Assembly (NCBI GenBank): GCA_964593885.1
Contig: CAZQKK010000001.1
Coordinates: forward strand, 233,929 to 297,928
Direction: 5' to 3'
From: an uncultured Candidatus Saccharibacteria bacterium
GTDB lineage: Bacteria > Patescibacteriota > UBA1384 > CAILIB01
DNA: 64,000 bases
Positions 10,253-19,573 of the stretch are shown piece by piece. Numbering within the stretch: the first letter of the stretch is position 1; the number at the start of each line of letters is the position of its first letter. The notes under the pieces are model-generated. The model worked only from the letters and a program-made list of their open reading frames with translations, was not told the origin of the DNA and made no database searches. Both the position numbers and the translations under genes were made by a program.

Positions 10253-10329
10253 TTCTATTTGACAGTATCTTTCATGCACCCCTACAATGTAACTACAACC
10301 TGTTTACGTTTTAACCTTTAAGGAGGCTT

Positions 10330-10734
10330 ATGAATCTCTCCCGCACTTCAGCAAAAATATCAGCTGCTATTACAACCTCCCTCCTCTTGGGTGTAAGTAG
10401 CATCCACGCTGCCGCTCCACCATCAATTCAGCCAGAAGGTTCTATTGATAAAACGTTTGATTTTGTAAAATTCTTTACCAATGGTATTGGCAGCATTATT
10501 AACATCATTTTCTTCTTGGCTGGAGCTGCGGCCATCATCTACCTCATCTGGGCAGGTATCAAGTACATTACTGCAGGTGGCGATACAAAGAAGGCTGGTG
10601 AGGCACGCACAGCGATTATTAATGCCGTAATCGGTATTGCAGTTATTGTAGGTGCTTACACCCTGATCAACATCGCTTTCGGTATCAATAAGACGGTTAA
10701 CAGCATTCAAAGCAGTGAAGCAACTTTCCAGTAG
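10330..10734 (+). CDS. VirB2/TrbC-like pilin family protein (paralogue 4)
   Basis: AAGGAGG RBS upstream. Signal peptide. Core IYLIWAGIKYITAGGDTKKAGEARTAIINAVIGIAVIV. Followed by a strong terminator. Confidence 0.55.
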   Translation: MNLSRTSAKISAAITTSLLLGVSSIHAAAPPSIQPEGSIDKTFDFVKFFTNGIGSIINIIFFLAGAAAIIYLIWAGIKYITAGGDTKKAGEARTAIINAVIGIAVIVGAYTLINIAFGINKTVNSIQSSEATFQ

Positions 10735-10752
10735 GTAGGTAGTAGTCACCTA

Positions 10753-10782
10753 AAAAGAGCCTCGTTGGAGGCTCTTTTTTGT
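10753..10782. terminator. Bidirectional rho-independent terminator
   Basis: aaaaAGAGCCTCgttgGAGGCTCTttttt: perfect 8-bp stem, T-run on + and A-run giving a T-run on -. Confidence 0.75.
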
Positions 10783-10784
10783 TG

Positions 10785-11198
10785 TTACTTTACAAGGTAA
10801 TCTACCCAGAGCTCAATATTTGTTTGCCCTGAAGGAGCTTTTGTCTTTTGTGTTGATATATCAGGAACTGTGCTTGCCAACTGGTCTAAACTCTTTGGGT
10901 TGTAGGATTCAGGTAAGGCATACACCTTCTCATCACTCTTCGCCAAGAGTAATGCTCTTCGTAACTCCTTTTCCTTGAAAGAGTCTGTTTTGTAGTAAAC
11001 GATAAGCGCTTCAAGTTTTTGCTTCTCAATGTTAGCCGCAGAAAGCTTCTCCTGAAGCTCAAGGGTAATTTGTTGGGTATGGTAATTCCTAACAACTGCC
11101 TGACTTGCAGAAACCGCGAGGTATGAGGCAAGTGCAATGAGCCAGAGGTAGCTGAAAGAGAGCTGGAGGTACTTAATGAGTGTTTTGAACATCAACAA
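10785..11198 (-). CDS. FtsB/DivIC-like septum formation initiator (N-terminal TM plus coiled coil)
   Basis: 137 aa with a single N-terminal TM, a heptad-rich coiled coil, and a C-terminal ..ELRRALLLAKSDEKVY motif resembling FtsB/FtsL family tails. Confidence 0.4.
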   Translation of the reverse strand: MLMFKTLIKYLQLSFSYLWLIALASYLAVSASQAVVRNYHTQQITLELQEKLSAANIEKQKLEALIVYYKTDSFKEKELRRALLLAKSDEKVYALPESYNPKSLDQLASTVPDISTQKTKAPSGQTNIELWVDYLVK

Positions 11199-11236
11199 TA
11201 GTATACCTCATTCCCAAAACGCTAACTGCCGAATAC

Positions 11237-11818
11237 TTACCTTGCGCCAAACATTTGAACGGTGATCAAGACATCTTCACCGTTACTACCAGTAATATGG
11301 CCTGTAGCGAAACCAACATCTGTGTACTTTGACGAAAGCAGGTTTGCGCGGTGGCTTGGGCTGGCCATCCAGGCTGCAGTAATACCATGTGCTGTTTCAA
11401 ATCCCCTAGCAAGGTTCTCTCCTGCAACTGTGTACCTATAACCCGCTTCACGAATAAAATCCCATGGAGCCTTTCTATCGCTTGGACGGAAGTGGTCCCA
11501 ATATCCAAACTGCTCCATGTCAGTTACCTTCTGCTGCGCAGCCCTAGAAAGATCTGCATTCTCAGTTAACTGTGAAAGACCATTACTTTCACGGACAAGA
11601 TTCGTCTCATTGAGAAAACTTACAACTGAAACTGGTGAAAGATCCTCAACATTCGAAGCAACAACTACACGAACTTGCTGGCTATCAGGAATTGTTGCCG
11701 CAACTGCTAGACTTGGGGTTGTACTAAGCGACACAAGACGCACCACCAGTGCGAGCGGAACAAGGTGGTGGCGAAATGATGTAGCGAAAGTATTTTTTAC
11801 AACCTGAGAACCAATCAT
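11237..11818 (-). CDS. Secreted CAP-domain (SCP/YkwD-like) protein
   Basis: Signal peptide. CAP-family motifs GENLA and SPSHRANLL..KYTDVGFA. Confidence 0.7.
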   Translation of the reverse strand: MIGSQVVKNTFATSFRHHLVPLALVVRLVSLSTTPSLAVAATIPDSQQVRVVVASNVEDLSPVSVVSFLNETNLVRESNGLSQLTENADLSRAAQQKVTDMEQFGYWDHFRPSDRKAPWDFIREAGYRYTVAGENLARGFETAHGITAAWMASPSHRANLLSSKYTDVGFATGHITGSNGEDVLITVQMFGAR

Positions 11819-11891
11819 ATTTGTTTTTTTCTTTTCTTTTTTGTTTCAAGAAATTAGATAATTATACCTTTTTTCAGGTTATCTGTCAAGA

Positions 11892-13643
11892 TTGCCATCT
11901 CCAACGTATACTAGATACATGAACGAACTATTTGTTGGTTTTTTTGAGCAGCTCGGATTGGTTGTGGTCATCGCTGCTGTTTGTGCCCTTATAAGTAGGG
12001 CACTTAAACTCCCCCTTCTTGTAGGCTACATAGCTGCAGGAATAATTATTGGAAGCACTGCAGCAACATCTAGTGATGGCCATATTGTTCTTCAAGCAAC
12101 CTCAAAAATTGGACTTATTCTTCTTCTCTTTCTAGTTGGTCTTGAACTTAACTGGGATCAAGCAAGAAAACAGTTTAAAAACGCACTAGGCCTCGGACTC
12201 ATCCAAGTTGCCTCAAGTGTGGTTATTGGTTTCGGTATTTCATATACTTTTTCACTCAGTATTCTCTCTGGCCTCTACCTCGGTATTGCTTTGTCTTTTG
12301 CCTCTACAGTTGTTGTAATCAAGCTCCTATCTGAGGTACGTGACCTTAACACGCTCCACGGTAGACTAGCGATAAGCGTACTTCTCATACAAGACCTATT
12401 CGCCATTATTGCGCTAATGCTACTCAGTGGATTTGCAAGTACCCAAAGTAGCTTACCAGTACCCCTAGAACTCCTTTGGTTAGCAGCGAAAACGGTTGGA
12501 GTATTACTACTGGCATGGAGCTGTAACAGACTCATTTTACCAACTGCGTTTAAACGGATCGCACACTCAACTGAATTACTCTTTCTCTGTAGTATCGCGT
12601 GGTGTTTTCTTTGGGTTATTGGAATGAAGGCTCTAGATGTCCCTATGGAAGTTGGGGCACTTATTGCAGGAGTAAGTTTAGCAACTCTTCCATACAGTCT
12701 TGAAATAGTAAGCAAGATTCGAGTGCTCCGAGACTTCTTTGTCGTACTTCTTTTCGTAGGAATTGGGAGTGAAGTTCACGCTCCGGATGCTGCGGCGCTG
12801 CCACTCATCTTATCTCTTATTGCTGCGGTAAGTATTGGAAAGCCTTTAGTTTCGTTCATCACACTTGCTCTATCTGGTTACAGGATCCGAACAGCTTTTC
12901 TCGCAGCAATTACCCAGAGTCAAGTTAGTGAGTTCTCAATCATCCTTGTTGGAATTGGCGTCAGCTCAGGGCAAGTAGATAGCTCACTCAGTGGAGTAAT
13001 TGCAACAACTGCGGCATTCTCAATTATCGTAGCGACCCTTCTATTTAACGCTAGAAAGCCCTTGTACCACCTTCTAAAACCCATCCTTAGGGTTTTTGAG
13101 AGAGGTCACCACAAACACACCTCCCTCGTACTAGGTGAACGTGCAGAGATTGACTCGCTAGCTAACCACATTGTCATCTTTGGATACCATCGTATGGGCT
13201 TCCCAATTCTAAAGACAGTACTCGACCTCAAGAGATCTGTGGTTGTTGTAGATATGAATCCAGAAATTGTTACTCATCTCCGGCAAGGCGGAGTACAGGC
13301 CATTTACGGTGACGTTGAAGATGAAGAGGTATTTGATGCAGCTCACGTTGCAGAGGCTGACTATATTATTTCCACCATCCCTCATATCGAAGAAACGCTC
13401 TTCCTCATTAGCGAAGTAAGAAAACGCTCGAAGCACGCAAAGATAATTGTTACGGCACACTCGGTAGAACATGCCCTTATGTACTACAAGCGTCATGCTG
13501 ACTATGTACTCATGCCTCATATGCTTGGAGGCAAGCTCCTCGCAGAGCTGATTTCTAAACCCATGGGTTCGTACAGAAAGCAGCAACTACTTGAGGAGAA
13601 AGAACTCATGAAAGATACGAGAAACAACCTGTTCTTCGAGTAG
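11892..13643 (+). CDS. Monovalent cation:proton antiporter-2 (KefB-like) with C-terminal RCK/TrkA-N domain
   Basis: About 12 TM helices followed by a Rossmann-like IVIFGYHRMG..VVVVDMNPE..YGDVEDEEVF TrkA-N domain. Confidence 0.8.
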   Translation: MPSPTYTRYMNELFVGFFEQLGLVVVIAAVCALISRALKLPLLVGYIAAGIIIGSTAATSSDGHIVLQATSKIGLILLLFLVGLELNWDQARKQFKNALGLGLIQVASSVVIGFGISYTFSLSILSGLYLGIALSFASTVVVIKLLSEVRDLNTLHGRLAISVLLIQDLFAIIALMLLSGFASTQSSLPVPLELLWLAAKTVGVLLLAWSCNRLILPTAFKRIAHSTELLFLCSIAWCFLWVIGMKALDVPMEVGALIAGVSLATLPYSLEIVSKIRVLRDFFVVLLFVGIGSEVHAPDAAALPLILSLIAAVSIGKPLVSFITLALSGYRIRTAFLAAITQSQVSEFSIILVGIGVSSGQVDSSLSGVIATTAAFSIIVATLLFNARKPLYHLLKPILRVFERGHHKHTSLVLGERAEIDSLANHIVIFGYHRMGFPILKTVLDLKRSVVVVDMNPEIVTHLRQGGVQAIYGDVEDEEVFDAAHVAEADYIISTIPHIEETLFLISEVRKRSKHAKIIVTAHSVEHALMYYKRHADYVLMPHMLGGKLLAELISKPMGSYRKQQLLEEKELMKDTRNNLFFE

Positions 13644-13670
13644 ACGCTCGCAGAAACTAGCACCAGCAAT

Positions 13671-13692
13671 CCAGGATACCCCTGGTTTTTTT
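13671..13692 (+). terminator. Rho-independent terminator after kefB-like gene
   Basis: CCAGGatacCCCTGG hairpin followed by TTTTTTT. Confidence 0.6.
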
Positions 13693-13802
13693 ATTTTTAC
13701 AGGTTATTGTTCAGTATTTCATATATCATCATATGTATTGGTATCCCTGTTCGGAAAACTCTTTCCCCAACTTTTTCCACATGTGGATAAGTTGTGCACA
13801 AT

Positions 13803-13829
13803 TGCTCCATTTACCCCATGGAGTATACT
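13803..13829 (+). promoter_or_regulatory. Putative sigma70-like promoter giving a leaderless transcript
   Basis: TTGCTC, 15 nt spacer, TATACT. The ATG at 13836 lies 6 nt after the -10 box with no Shine-Dalgarno sequence. Confidence 0.35.
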
Positions 13830-13835
13830 GATCAT

Positions 13836-14207
13836 ATGGCTGATAACCTCTTTTCTTCTGGGACTACCATTACCCCTGATTCAGGGACATCTCTCTTTTC
13901 TCCTTTTTCGTTTTTTAGCGGGTCGGACCCTCTTTCAATCGTTTATAATAATGCAATAAATTGGCTTTTTTCAGCTGTAGGCGCTGCTTTAATTGCCTAC
14001 CTTATTTGGGCAGGCATTAAGTACATCACTGCGGGAGGCGATCCTAAGAAGGCTGGTGATGCGAAATCTAGCGTAATAAACGCTGCTATCGGTATTCTTA
14101 TCTTTATCAGTATTTACACTCTCCTAAGTATCGGGATTGGCCTTGGGAATGCTGGACGATCAATCGAGACTGGTCAGATAACCATCCCTCCTGCCACGAA
14201 AAAGTGA
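13836..14207 (+). CDS. VirB2/TrbC-like pilin family protein (dispersed paralogue 5)
   Basis: Start chosen at the Met downstream of the predicted promoter; the track ORF begins at 13794. Core IAYLIWAGIKYITAGGDPKKAGDAKSSVINAAIGILIFI is near-identical to the 10330-10734 paralogue. Confidence 0.45.
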   Translation: MADNLFSSGTTITPDSGTSLFSPFSFFSGSDPLSIVYNNAINWLFSAVGAALIAYLIWAGIKYITAGGDPKKAGDAKSSVINAAIGILIFISIYTLLSIGIGLGNAGRSIETGQITIPPATKK

Positions 14208-14774
14208 CCCCTCGATAAGAAGTTCACTTCCATCTCGAACAAATTGATCCATTCCCTCTCCGTCTGGCCGATACACCAGAATGTTCTCTGGAAATATTCC
14301 ACTTTCATAAAGGAGGATCCTTGCATCTTGTGAAATGAGGATTGGCTTACCTGCTGCGTGAAAATCACAGAGAAGCCTCTGAATTACTATGTCTTTTCTG
14401 AGTAGATCAACACTCAAGCCCCCTCCAGGGACTGCTATTGCATCGTAATGACTAGGTTGTACTAGCTCGATTGGAAAGTCTGTGTGTACCCACTCCTCAT
14501 TGCCATGTCTACCTATTCCTCTAACTTTCCTTCCACTCTGGAGTGATGTTAAGTAGACGCTCGCATACTCAGCCTCAAAACCATTTTTCATCGCATATAG
14601 CTCCTCTAGGTTAACCCCATCGGAAACTAAGGTGATAATCTTTTTTGCGTGTAGTTTCATGTTTTCCTCATTCAGCTGAGGGCAGGAGTAAATTGACATC
14701 ACTGCCACAACCTTTCCAGCTACATAATGTGCTTTAACCCCCTTACTGGGTTGCCATTGGTATTGCACCATCAT
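14160..14774 (-). CDS. DJ-1/PfpI (class I glutamine amidotransferase-like) superfamily protein, probably non-catalytic
   Basis: DAIAVPGG motif and overall DJ-1 layout. The nucleophile-elbow Cys is replaced (PILISQDARIL). 48-nt convergent overlap with the pilin gene. Confidence 0.45.
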   Translation of the reverse strand: MMVQYQWQPSKGVKAHYVAGKVVAVMSIYSCPQLNEENMKLHAKKIITLVSDGVNLEELYAMKNGFEAEYASVYLTSLQSGRKVRGIGRHGNEEWVHTDFPIELVQPSHYDAIAVPGGGLSVDLLRKDIVIQRLLCDFHAAGKPILISQDARILLYESGIFPENILVYRPDGEGMDQFVRDGSELLIEGSLFRGRRDGYLTSLD

Positions 14775-14925
14775 CGTAGCTACACATGCCCACCCTCAGC
14801 ATCATCTATGGTACTTATGCCTATGTATATTCTTGGATTCATACTCACTGAAGCATAGCTTGGGCGCTTATGTTGTTTTTGAAGTATGAATATCCAAGTG
14901 ACCACAAGGTACTACGATCCTGTTC

Positions 14926-15495
14926 TTAGATACTCTGCGTGCCGTTAATCATAAGGTGATAGGAAATCGTATCTGTTTGACTTTCAACACTTGTAGACAT
15001 ACTTGTACTCAAGCGAAAGCGTTGGGTTTCTCCCCTTGGAAGAACCACTCCCATTGGTATCTCACCGTTACTGAGCGAGGTTAATGACCCGTACAGTGGT
15101 TGGTGACCAACAAGGTCATTACCCAGCTCATCTACTGGCATTATTTCAATTTGAATAGTTGGCAGCATCGCCATAGAGCCTGAGATAACAGTAACTGTTG
15201 CTGATAAATCAAAGCTAACTGCTGCATCACTAGCATTCTTTACAAGAAAGAACTTACTGACACTTTGACCTGGCACTAACTCAGCAGAAAAACCAGGTCG
15301 AGACTCTTCAAATATCGTTGAATTTGGGTTTTGTGAATTACTAATGCGTAAGTCTGATGTCCCAGTTGTGATAACGTTATCTGTCAGTGTTACTTGATCT
15401 TTAAATAACGAGTAACTTCCCGTGGCTACCAAACTAGTCCAGGCCAGAAGTGCGAGGCCAGCAATTACGACCCGCTGTTTCTTTGATATCTTCAT
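14926..15495 (-). CDS. TasA/camelysin (peptidase M73)-like secreted protein with SipW-cognate-type signal peptide
   Basis: N-terminus KQRVVIAGLALLAWTSLVATGSYSLFKDQ..TTGTSDL resembles TasA AAFND..ASGTLDL. Beta-rich remainder. Confidence 0.45.
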   Translation of the reverse strand: MKISKKQRVVIAGLALLAWTSLVATGSYSLFKDQVTLTDNVITTGTSDLRISNSQNPNSTIFEESRPGFSAELVPGQSVSKFFLVKNASDAAVSFDLSATVTVISGSMAMLPTIQIEIMPVDELGNDLVGHQPLYGSLTSLSNGEIPMGVVLPRGETQRFRLSTSMSTSVESQTDTISYHLMINGTQSI

Positions 15496-15594
15496 AATCC
15501 TCCTACAAGTTAGTATTCATTCGGTCGACCAGTAGTTTCCTACCCGTGCGATCAGACTAACTACGAAAGATTACACTATCCCAAAACAATTGTT

Positions 15595-16437
15595 TCAGGG
15601 CACTAACTCAATTGAATATCCTGTCTGTAAGGACTTTTTACCAATTTCTTGTATTAGCTCAACACTACGTAGGATTGATTTACCCTCTGCATTGAAGATT
15701 TGTTCGATTACCCTCTGAAAAGTAGTGGGGTATGTTGCAGTAGCGTAAATATTGGCTAGCAAATGGACGTGTGGACTTGAGATTCTGTGTAGGTTTTTTA
15801 CTAAAGGGAGAAATTCATCTTCAAGTCTCCAGATTTCCCCTTTTGTACCCCTACCAAATACAGGTGGATCAAAAATAATGATATCGTACTTGGCGCCTCT
15901 CCGTACTTCTCGCTCAACAAACTTTCTTACGTCCTCAACTATCCATCGAATTGAGGAAAGATTGTTCAACTTTGCGTTTTCACTCGCCCAAGTTACTGAA
16001 CTTTTAGATGCATCGACGTGCGTTACTTCAGCACCTGCATTAGCAGCGGCAAGAGACATTATACCTGTATAAGCAAACAAGTTGAGGACTTTTACACCTT
16101 TAGTAGACTCTTTTACCCATTTTTCAACAAGCTCCCACTGGGTTACTTGTTCAGGGAATACTCCAAGGTGTCTAAATGTAGTGGGACGAATTTTGAAGCG
16201 TAGTGAATTCCAAGAAATGACAAAGCCATCTTCCATCGATGTATCGGTGAAATACCACCCATCCCTAAACGTTGCGTCTGGTTGTACCCAACCTGCGTGA
16301 CTAGGATTTTCAGGCTCCCAAAGAGCGTGTGGCTCTGGCCGCACAAAGTACTTATCACCAAAGCGTTCTAGGCGCTCATGGTTACCTGTATCAATTAAGC
16401 TATAGTCAGACCAATCTTGAGTTGAGTAGTGATGCAT
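15595..16437 (-). CDS. Class I SAM-dependent methyltransferase (RlmI/YccW-like rRNA MTase family)
   Basis: LNLFAYTGIMSLAAANAGA SAM-binding glycine-rich motif and DIIIFDPPVFGR motif IV. Confidence 0.65.
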   Translation of the reverse strand: MHHYSTQDWSDYSLIDTGNHERLERFGDKYFVRPEPHALWEPENPSHAGWVQPDATFRDGWYFTDTSMEDGFVISWNSLRFKIRPTTFRHLGVFPEQVTQWELVEKWVKESTKGVKVLNLFAYTGIMSLAAANAGAEVTHVDASKSSVTWASENAKLNNLSSIRWIVEDVRKFVEREVRRGAKYDIIIFDPPVFGRGTKGEIWRLEDEFLPLVKNLHRISSPHVHLLANIYATATYPTTFQRVIEQIFNAEGKSILRSVELIQEIGKKSLQTGYSIELVP

Positions 16438-16447
16438 ATGATGTTGT

Positions 16448-16523
16448 TGGCGCGCTCGGTAGGAATCGGACCTACGGCCTTCAGGACCGGAACCTGACGC
16501 TCTATCCCCTGAGCTACGAGCGC
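16448..16523 (-). tRNA. tRNA-Arg(CCG): tRNA-Arg (anticodon CCG)
   Basis: Reverse complement gives GCGCTCG..GCTCAGGGGATAGAGC..TCAGG-TTCCGGT-CCTGA..GGTCCGATTCC..CGAGCGC-G-CCA. Confidence 0.8.
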
Positions 16524-16565
16524 GCAGCGACAGCAGACTACCAGATCACCAATACATGCACAATG

Positions 16566-17318
16566 CTACTTTGTCTTCGTTTGGTTAACAACTGCGTCTA
16601 TCTTTGCCTGGATCTCTGCTGGATCTCCTAGGAAATAGTGTCTGATTGGAGATAAGTCTTCATTGAGCTCGTACACAAGTGGCACACCAACTGGCATGGT
16701 AAGTTCTGTAATATCTTGGTCAGAAATGTTATCTAAGTGTTTAATGAGCGCCCTAAGGCTATTTCCGTGCGCAGCGATAATAACTGACTTTCCATTTTTT
16801 ATCTGAGGAGTTATTTCAGAATCCCAAAATGGTAGCACTCTCTCCATGGTCGTTTTGAGAGATTCTGAGGCTGGCAACTCTTCAGGAGAAACACCAGCAT
16901 ACCTTGGGTCATGAGACGGGTGCCTAGGGTCTGATACCTCCAGTGGTTCAGGAGGAGTATCATAGCCACGACGCCAAATCTTTACCTTCTCTTCCCCATA
17001 CTTTTCTACAGTCTCTTTCTTGTTGAGACCCTGTAGAGCACCGTAGTGTCGCTCATTCAGACGCCAGGTTTTAATAACCGGCACCCAGAGCTCATCCATT
17101 TCTTTTTGGATAGACCAAAGCGTATTTATTGCTCGTTTTAGGACCGACGTATAGGCAATATCAAAGTGGTAACCTTCTTCTTTTAGTAACTTCCCTGCCT
17201 GGTGAGCGTCTTGCCACCCCTGATCCGAAAGATCATTTCCCTGATCACACCACCCCGCAAACAGGTTTAGTCGGTTAAATTCACTCTCACCGTGACGGAT
17301 TAGCACAAGCTTATACAT
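16566..17318 (-). CDS. gpmA: 2,3-bisphosphoglycerate-dependent phosphoglycerate mutase
   Basis: [20 protein letters not shown] catalytic His motif. 250 aa. Confidence 0.9.
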   Translation of the reverse strand: MYKLVLIRHGESEFNRLNLFAGWCDQGNDLSDQGWQDAHQAGKLLKEEGYHFDIAYTSVLKRAINTLWSIQKEMDELWVPVIKTWRLNERHYGALQGLNKKETVEKYGEEKVKIWRRGYDTPPEPLEVSDPRHPSHDPRYAGVSPEELPASESLKTTMERVLPFWDSEITPQIKNGKSVIIAAHGNSLRALIKHLDNISDQDITELTMPVGVPLVYELNEDLSPIRHYFLGDPAEIQAKIDAVVNQTKTK

Positions 17319-17423
17319 GGTTGTTCTTAGCTAGTTTCTCTTTCTATCGTATCATTTTTTGACTTTTGGATTTAATCTTAATTTAATATTCTAACTGATA
17401 GTATCGCGTTGTAGTCGAAACAC

Positions 17424-18134
17424 ATGAGAATACTCCTCGTTGAAGACCAACTTGATATTGCTGAGCCAATTATCCGTTGTCTTAGACGTGATTTTCCTGT
17501 CGATCACGCAACAACCTGTACAGAAGCTCGTTTGCTCCTCGACCTACATACATATGATCTATTAATTATTGACATAGGTTTACCTGATGGAAGTGGGGCA
17601 GATATTTGTAGGGAGAAACTTGAAAAAAAGCTTCCCGGCTTTACCATAATACTTAGTGGAGATTTTTCGGAGCAAAGTAAGGTTTTCCATCTTGAAAACT
17701 TTGCAGATGACTACATTGCAAAGCCATTTTCTCTAGCGGAGCTACGTACACGCGTAACAAAATTCAGTAAACGATTAACTGAAATTACACCAACCACTAT
17801 TGCAGGAAACGGATTAGTGTTACAGAGATCACACAAGCAAGCTTTCATTCATGGAAAGTCTATCAACTTACGAAGAAAAGAATTTGAAGTTCTTGCTGTA
17901 CTCGATAGATACATTGAAAAACCAGTACTAAAGAGTGCACTTCTTGAAGAAGTGTGGGATGAACAAAATGAGCCCTTTTCGAATACTATTGATGCCCACA
18001 TATGTGCACTCCGCAAAGCAATAAGAAAAGTTTCAAGTGATTACACAATCCAAACAATTCGAGGAATTGGCTATCAACTAACACAACAACATGCACGATC
18101 TCATCCTAAATTACATTCTAGAAACCAAGGGTGA
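17424..18134 (+). CDS. OmpR-family two-component response regulator
   Basis: Receiver domain (MRILLVEDQ..DLLIIDIGLPDGSG) plus winged-helix C-terminus (RGIGYQL). Confidence 0.85.
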   Translation: MRILLVEDQLDIAEPIIRCLRRDFPVDHATTCTEARLLLDLHTYDLLIIDIGLPDGSGADICREKLEKKLPGFTIILSGDFSEQSKVFHLENFADDYIAKPFSLAELRTRVTKFSKRLTEITPTTIAGNGLVLQRSHKQAFIHGKSINLRRKEFEVLAVLDRYIEKPVLKSALLEEVWDEQNEPFSNTIDAHICALRKAIRKVSSDYTIQTIRGIGYQLTQQHARSHPKLHSRNQG

Positions 18135-19573
18135 AACTACCTCATCCCAAGTTGCGAAAAGCGAACTTGCGTCTCAGGAAATGGTTCCTTGGTTTAATGA
18201 AGGAGAACCAAAATGACCAAATTCTTACGTTAGAGCAATCAAGAATAATTATTTGGCCAGTTATCCTTTTCGTAACGCTTCTCGCATTTTCTGCCTTTCT
18301 CCTGTCCATTGTATCAATCCTGTACTACGCTCCTGAAAACGGTTATCAACTCACAAATGCAGTGTTAACAAGCGGTATTACGCTAACTATTTTCACCGCA
18401 TTAACGTGGTCCGCAAAGAGATACACCATACCAGCTTCAGCTCTATTCACCTTAACCCTACTATTTGCATCCTTAAGGTGCGCAACCAGCTACGGTGTGG
18501 TTACTCCACAAGCAATGCTCGGGGTAGCAATCGCAATCCTCTGCTCAGGCATCTTACTTGGCAAGATAACGGCAAACATCTTGTTGGCTCTCTCTACAAC
18601 ATACCTCATAGTCATTTCATTTCTACAAATTACCCATAAGATTACCCTCCCCGAGTGGTCGAACTATGATGAGACCTGGGGAGACACCATACTGTTTATC
18701 ATTACTTTCTTTGGTATCGCATACTTCACTAATGTTTTCAGTAGAGAGAATAAGAGATCCCTTGAGCGAGCACTAGTTGCTGAGAGTTCGGCTAGGCAGG
18801 AGAGTAGAGCGCTTGAAAGAAATATTTCCTATGAGGACGACACCCTAACGCAACATCTCCTTGAGTTTAGAGAACGGATGGGAGAAGCATTCCACGATGT
18901 TGCAAACCCCATTAGCGGGATCGCACTTGCAACGGAAACGCTGCTTTCCGAGACAGGAATAAGTCCGGAAGAGCAGCGAGAAATAATACTATCTACCTCA
19001 AAAAACGCCGAGTTAGCATGCGCACTTATTCATAATCTTCGTGAAGAGATTAGTGATTCACCTCAGAGTCTGCGCTGGTTTTCAATTGGTGCGGTACTTG
19101 AGGAGTTGAGGGAAATGATGAGCTACAAGCTTAGAGCTGAGGGAGTAATTCTTACAGTAAGCGCGGATCGTTCAATATATCTCTATGGCTCACCACTTTC
19201 ATTCTCAAGAATAGTGAAAAACCTAGTACAGAATTCATCAGAAGCATACGCAAAATCAAACCTAGATCAAAAAGTGATTGCTGTGGCTTTGCGAGACTCT
19301 GATAAACAAATCGAATTAACAATACATGATAGCGCTGGTGGTATCCCAGAATCAGTTCTAAAGCACATCTTTTCACCCCGATTTTCATCTAAGAACAACA
19401 CCTTTTCTGGTATTGGACTAAATATTGTTCAAAAAAAGTTACAGCACGAGTTTCGAGGAAATATTTTCACAGCTTCCAAAGGCAACGAAACAACTTTCAC
19501 AATTACAATTAATAAACATGCTAACAATATCACTTCTGCAAAAATCACTACGGAAAGCGACACTATACGTTAA
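18131..19573 (+). CDS. Membrane sensor histidine kinase
   Basis: Several N-terminal TM helices, H-box HDVANPISGI, HATPase_c G-boxes (GGIPESV, GIGLNIV). 4-nt overlap with the regulator. Confidence 0.8.
   Translation: MKLPHPKLRKANLRLRKWFLGLMKENQNDQILTLEQSRIIIWPVILFVTLLAFSAFLLSIVSILYYAPENGYQLTNAVLTSGITLTIFTALTWSAKRYTIPASALFTLTLLFASLRCATSYGVVTPQAMLGVAIAILCSGILLGKITANILLALSTTYLIVISFLQITHKITLPEWSNYDETWGDTILFIITFFGIAYFTNVFSRENKRSLERALVAESSARQESRALERNISYEDDTLTQHLLEFRERMGEAFHDVANPISGIALATETLLSETGISPEEQREIILSTSKNAELACALIHNLREEISDSPQSLRWFSIGAVLEELREMMSYKLRAEGVILTVSADRSIYLYGSPLSFSRIVKNLVQNSSEAYAKSNLDQKVIAVALRDSDKQIELTIHDSAGGIPESVLKHIFSPRFSSKNNTFSGIGLNIVQKKLQHEFRGNIFTASKGNETTFTITINKHANNITSAKITTESDTIR

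Noticed and set aside
17330-17423. AT-rich divergent region between gpmA and the response regulator with a TTGACT ... TTTAAT promoter-like pattern
   Set aside because: Several overlapping -35/-10-like hexamers can be drawn in this AT-rich stretch. Without a TSS it is not specific enough to annotate as a feature.
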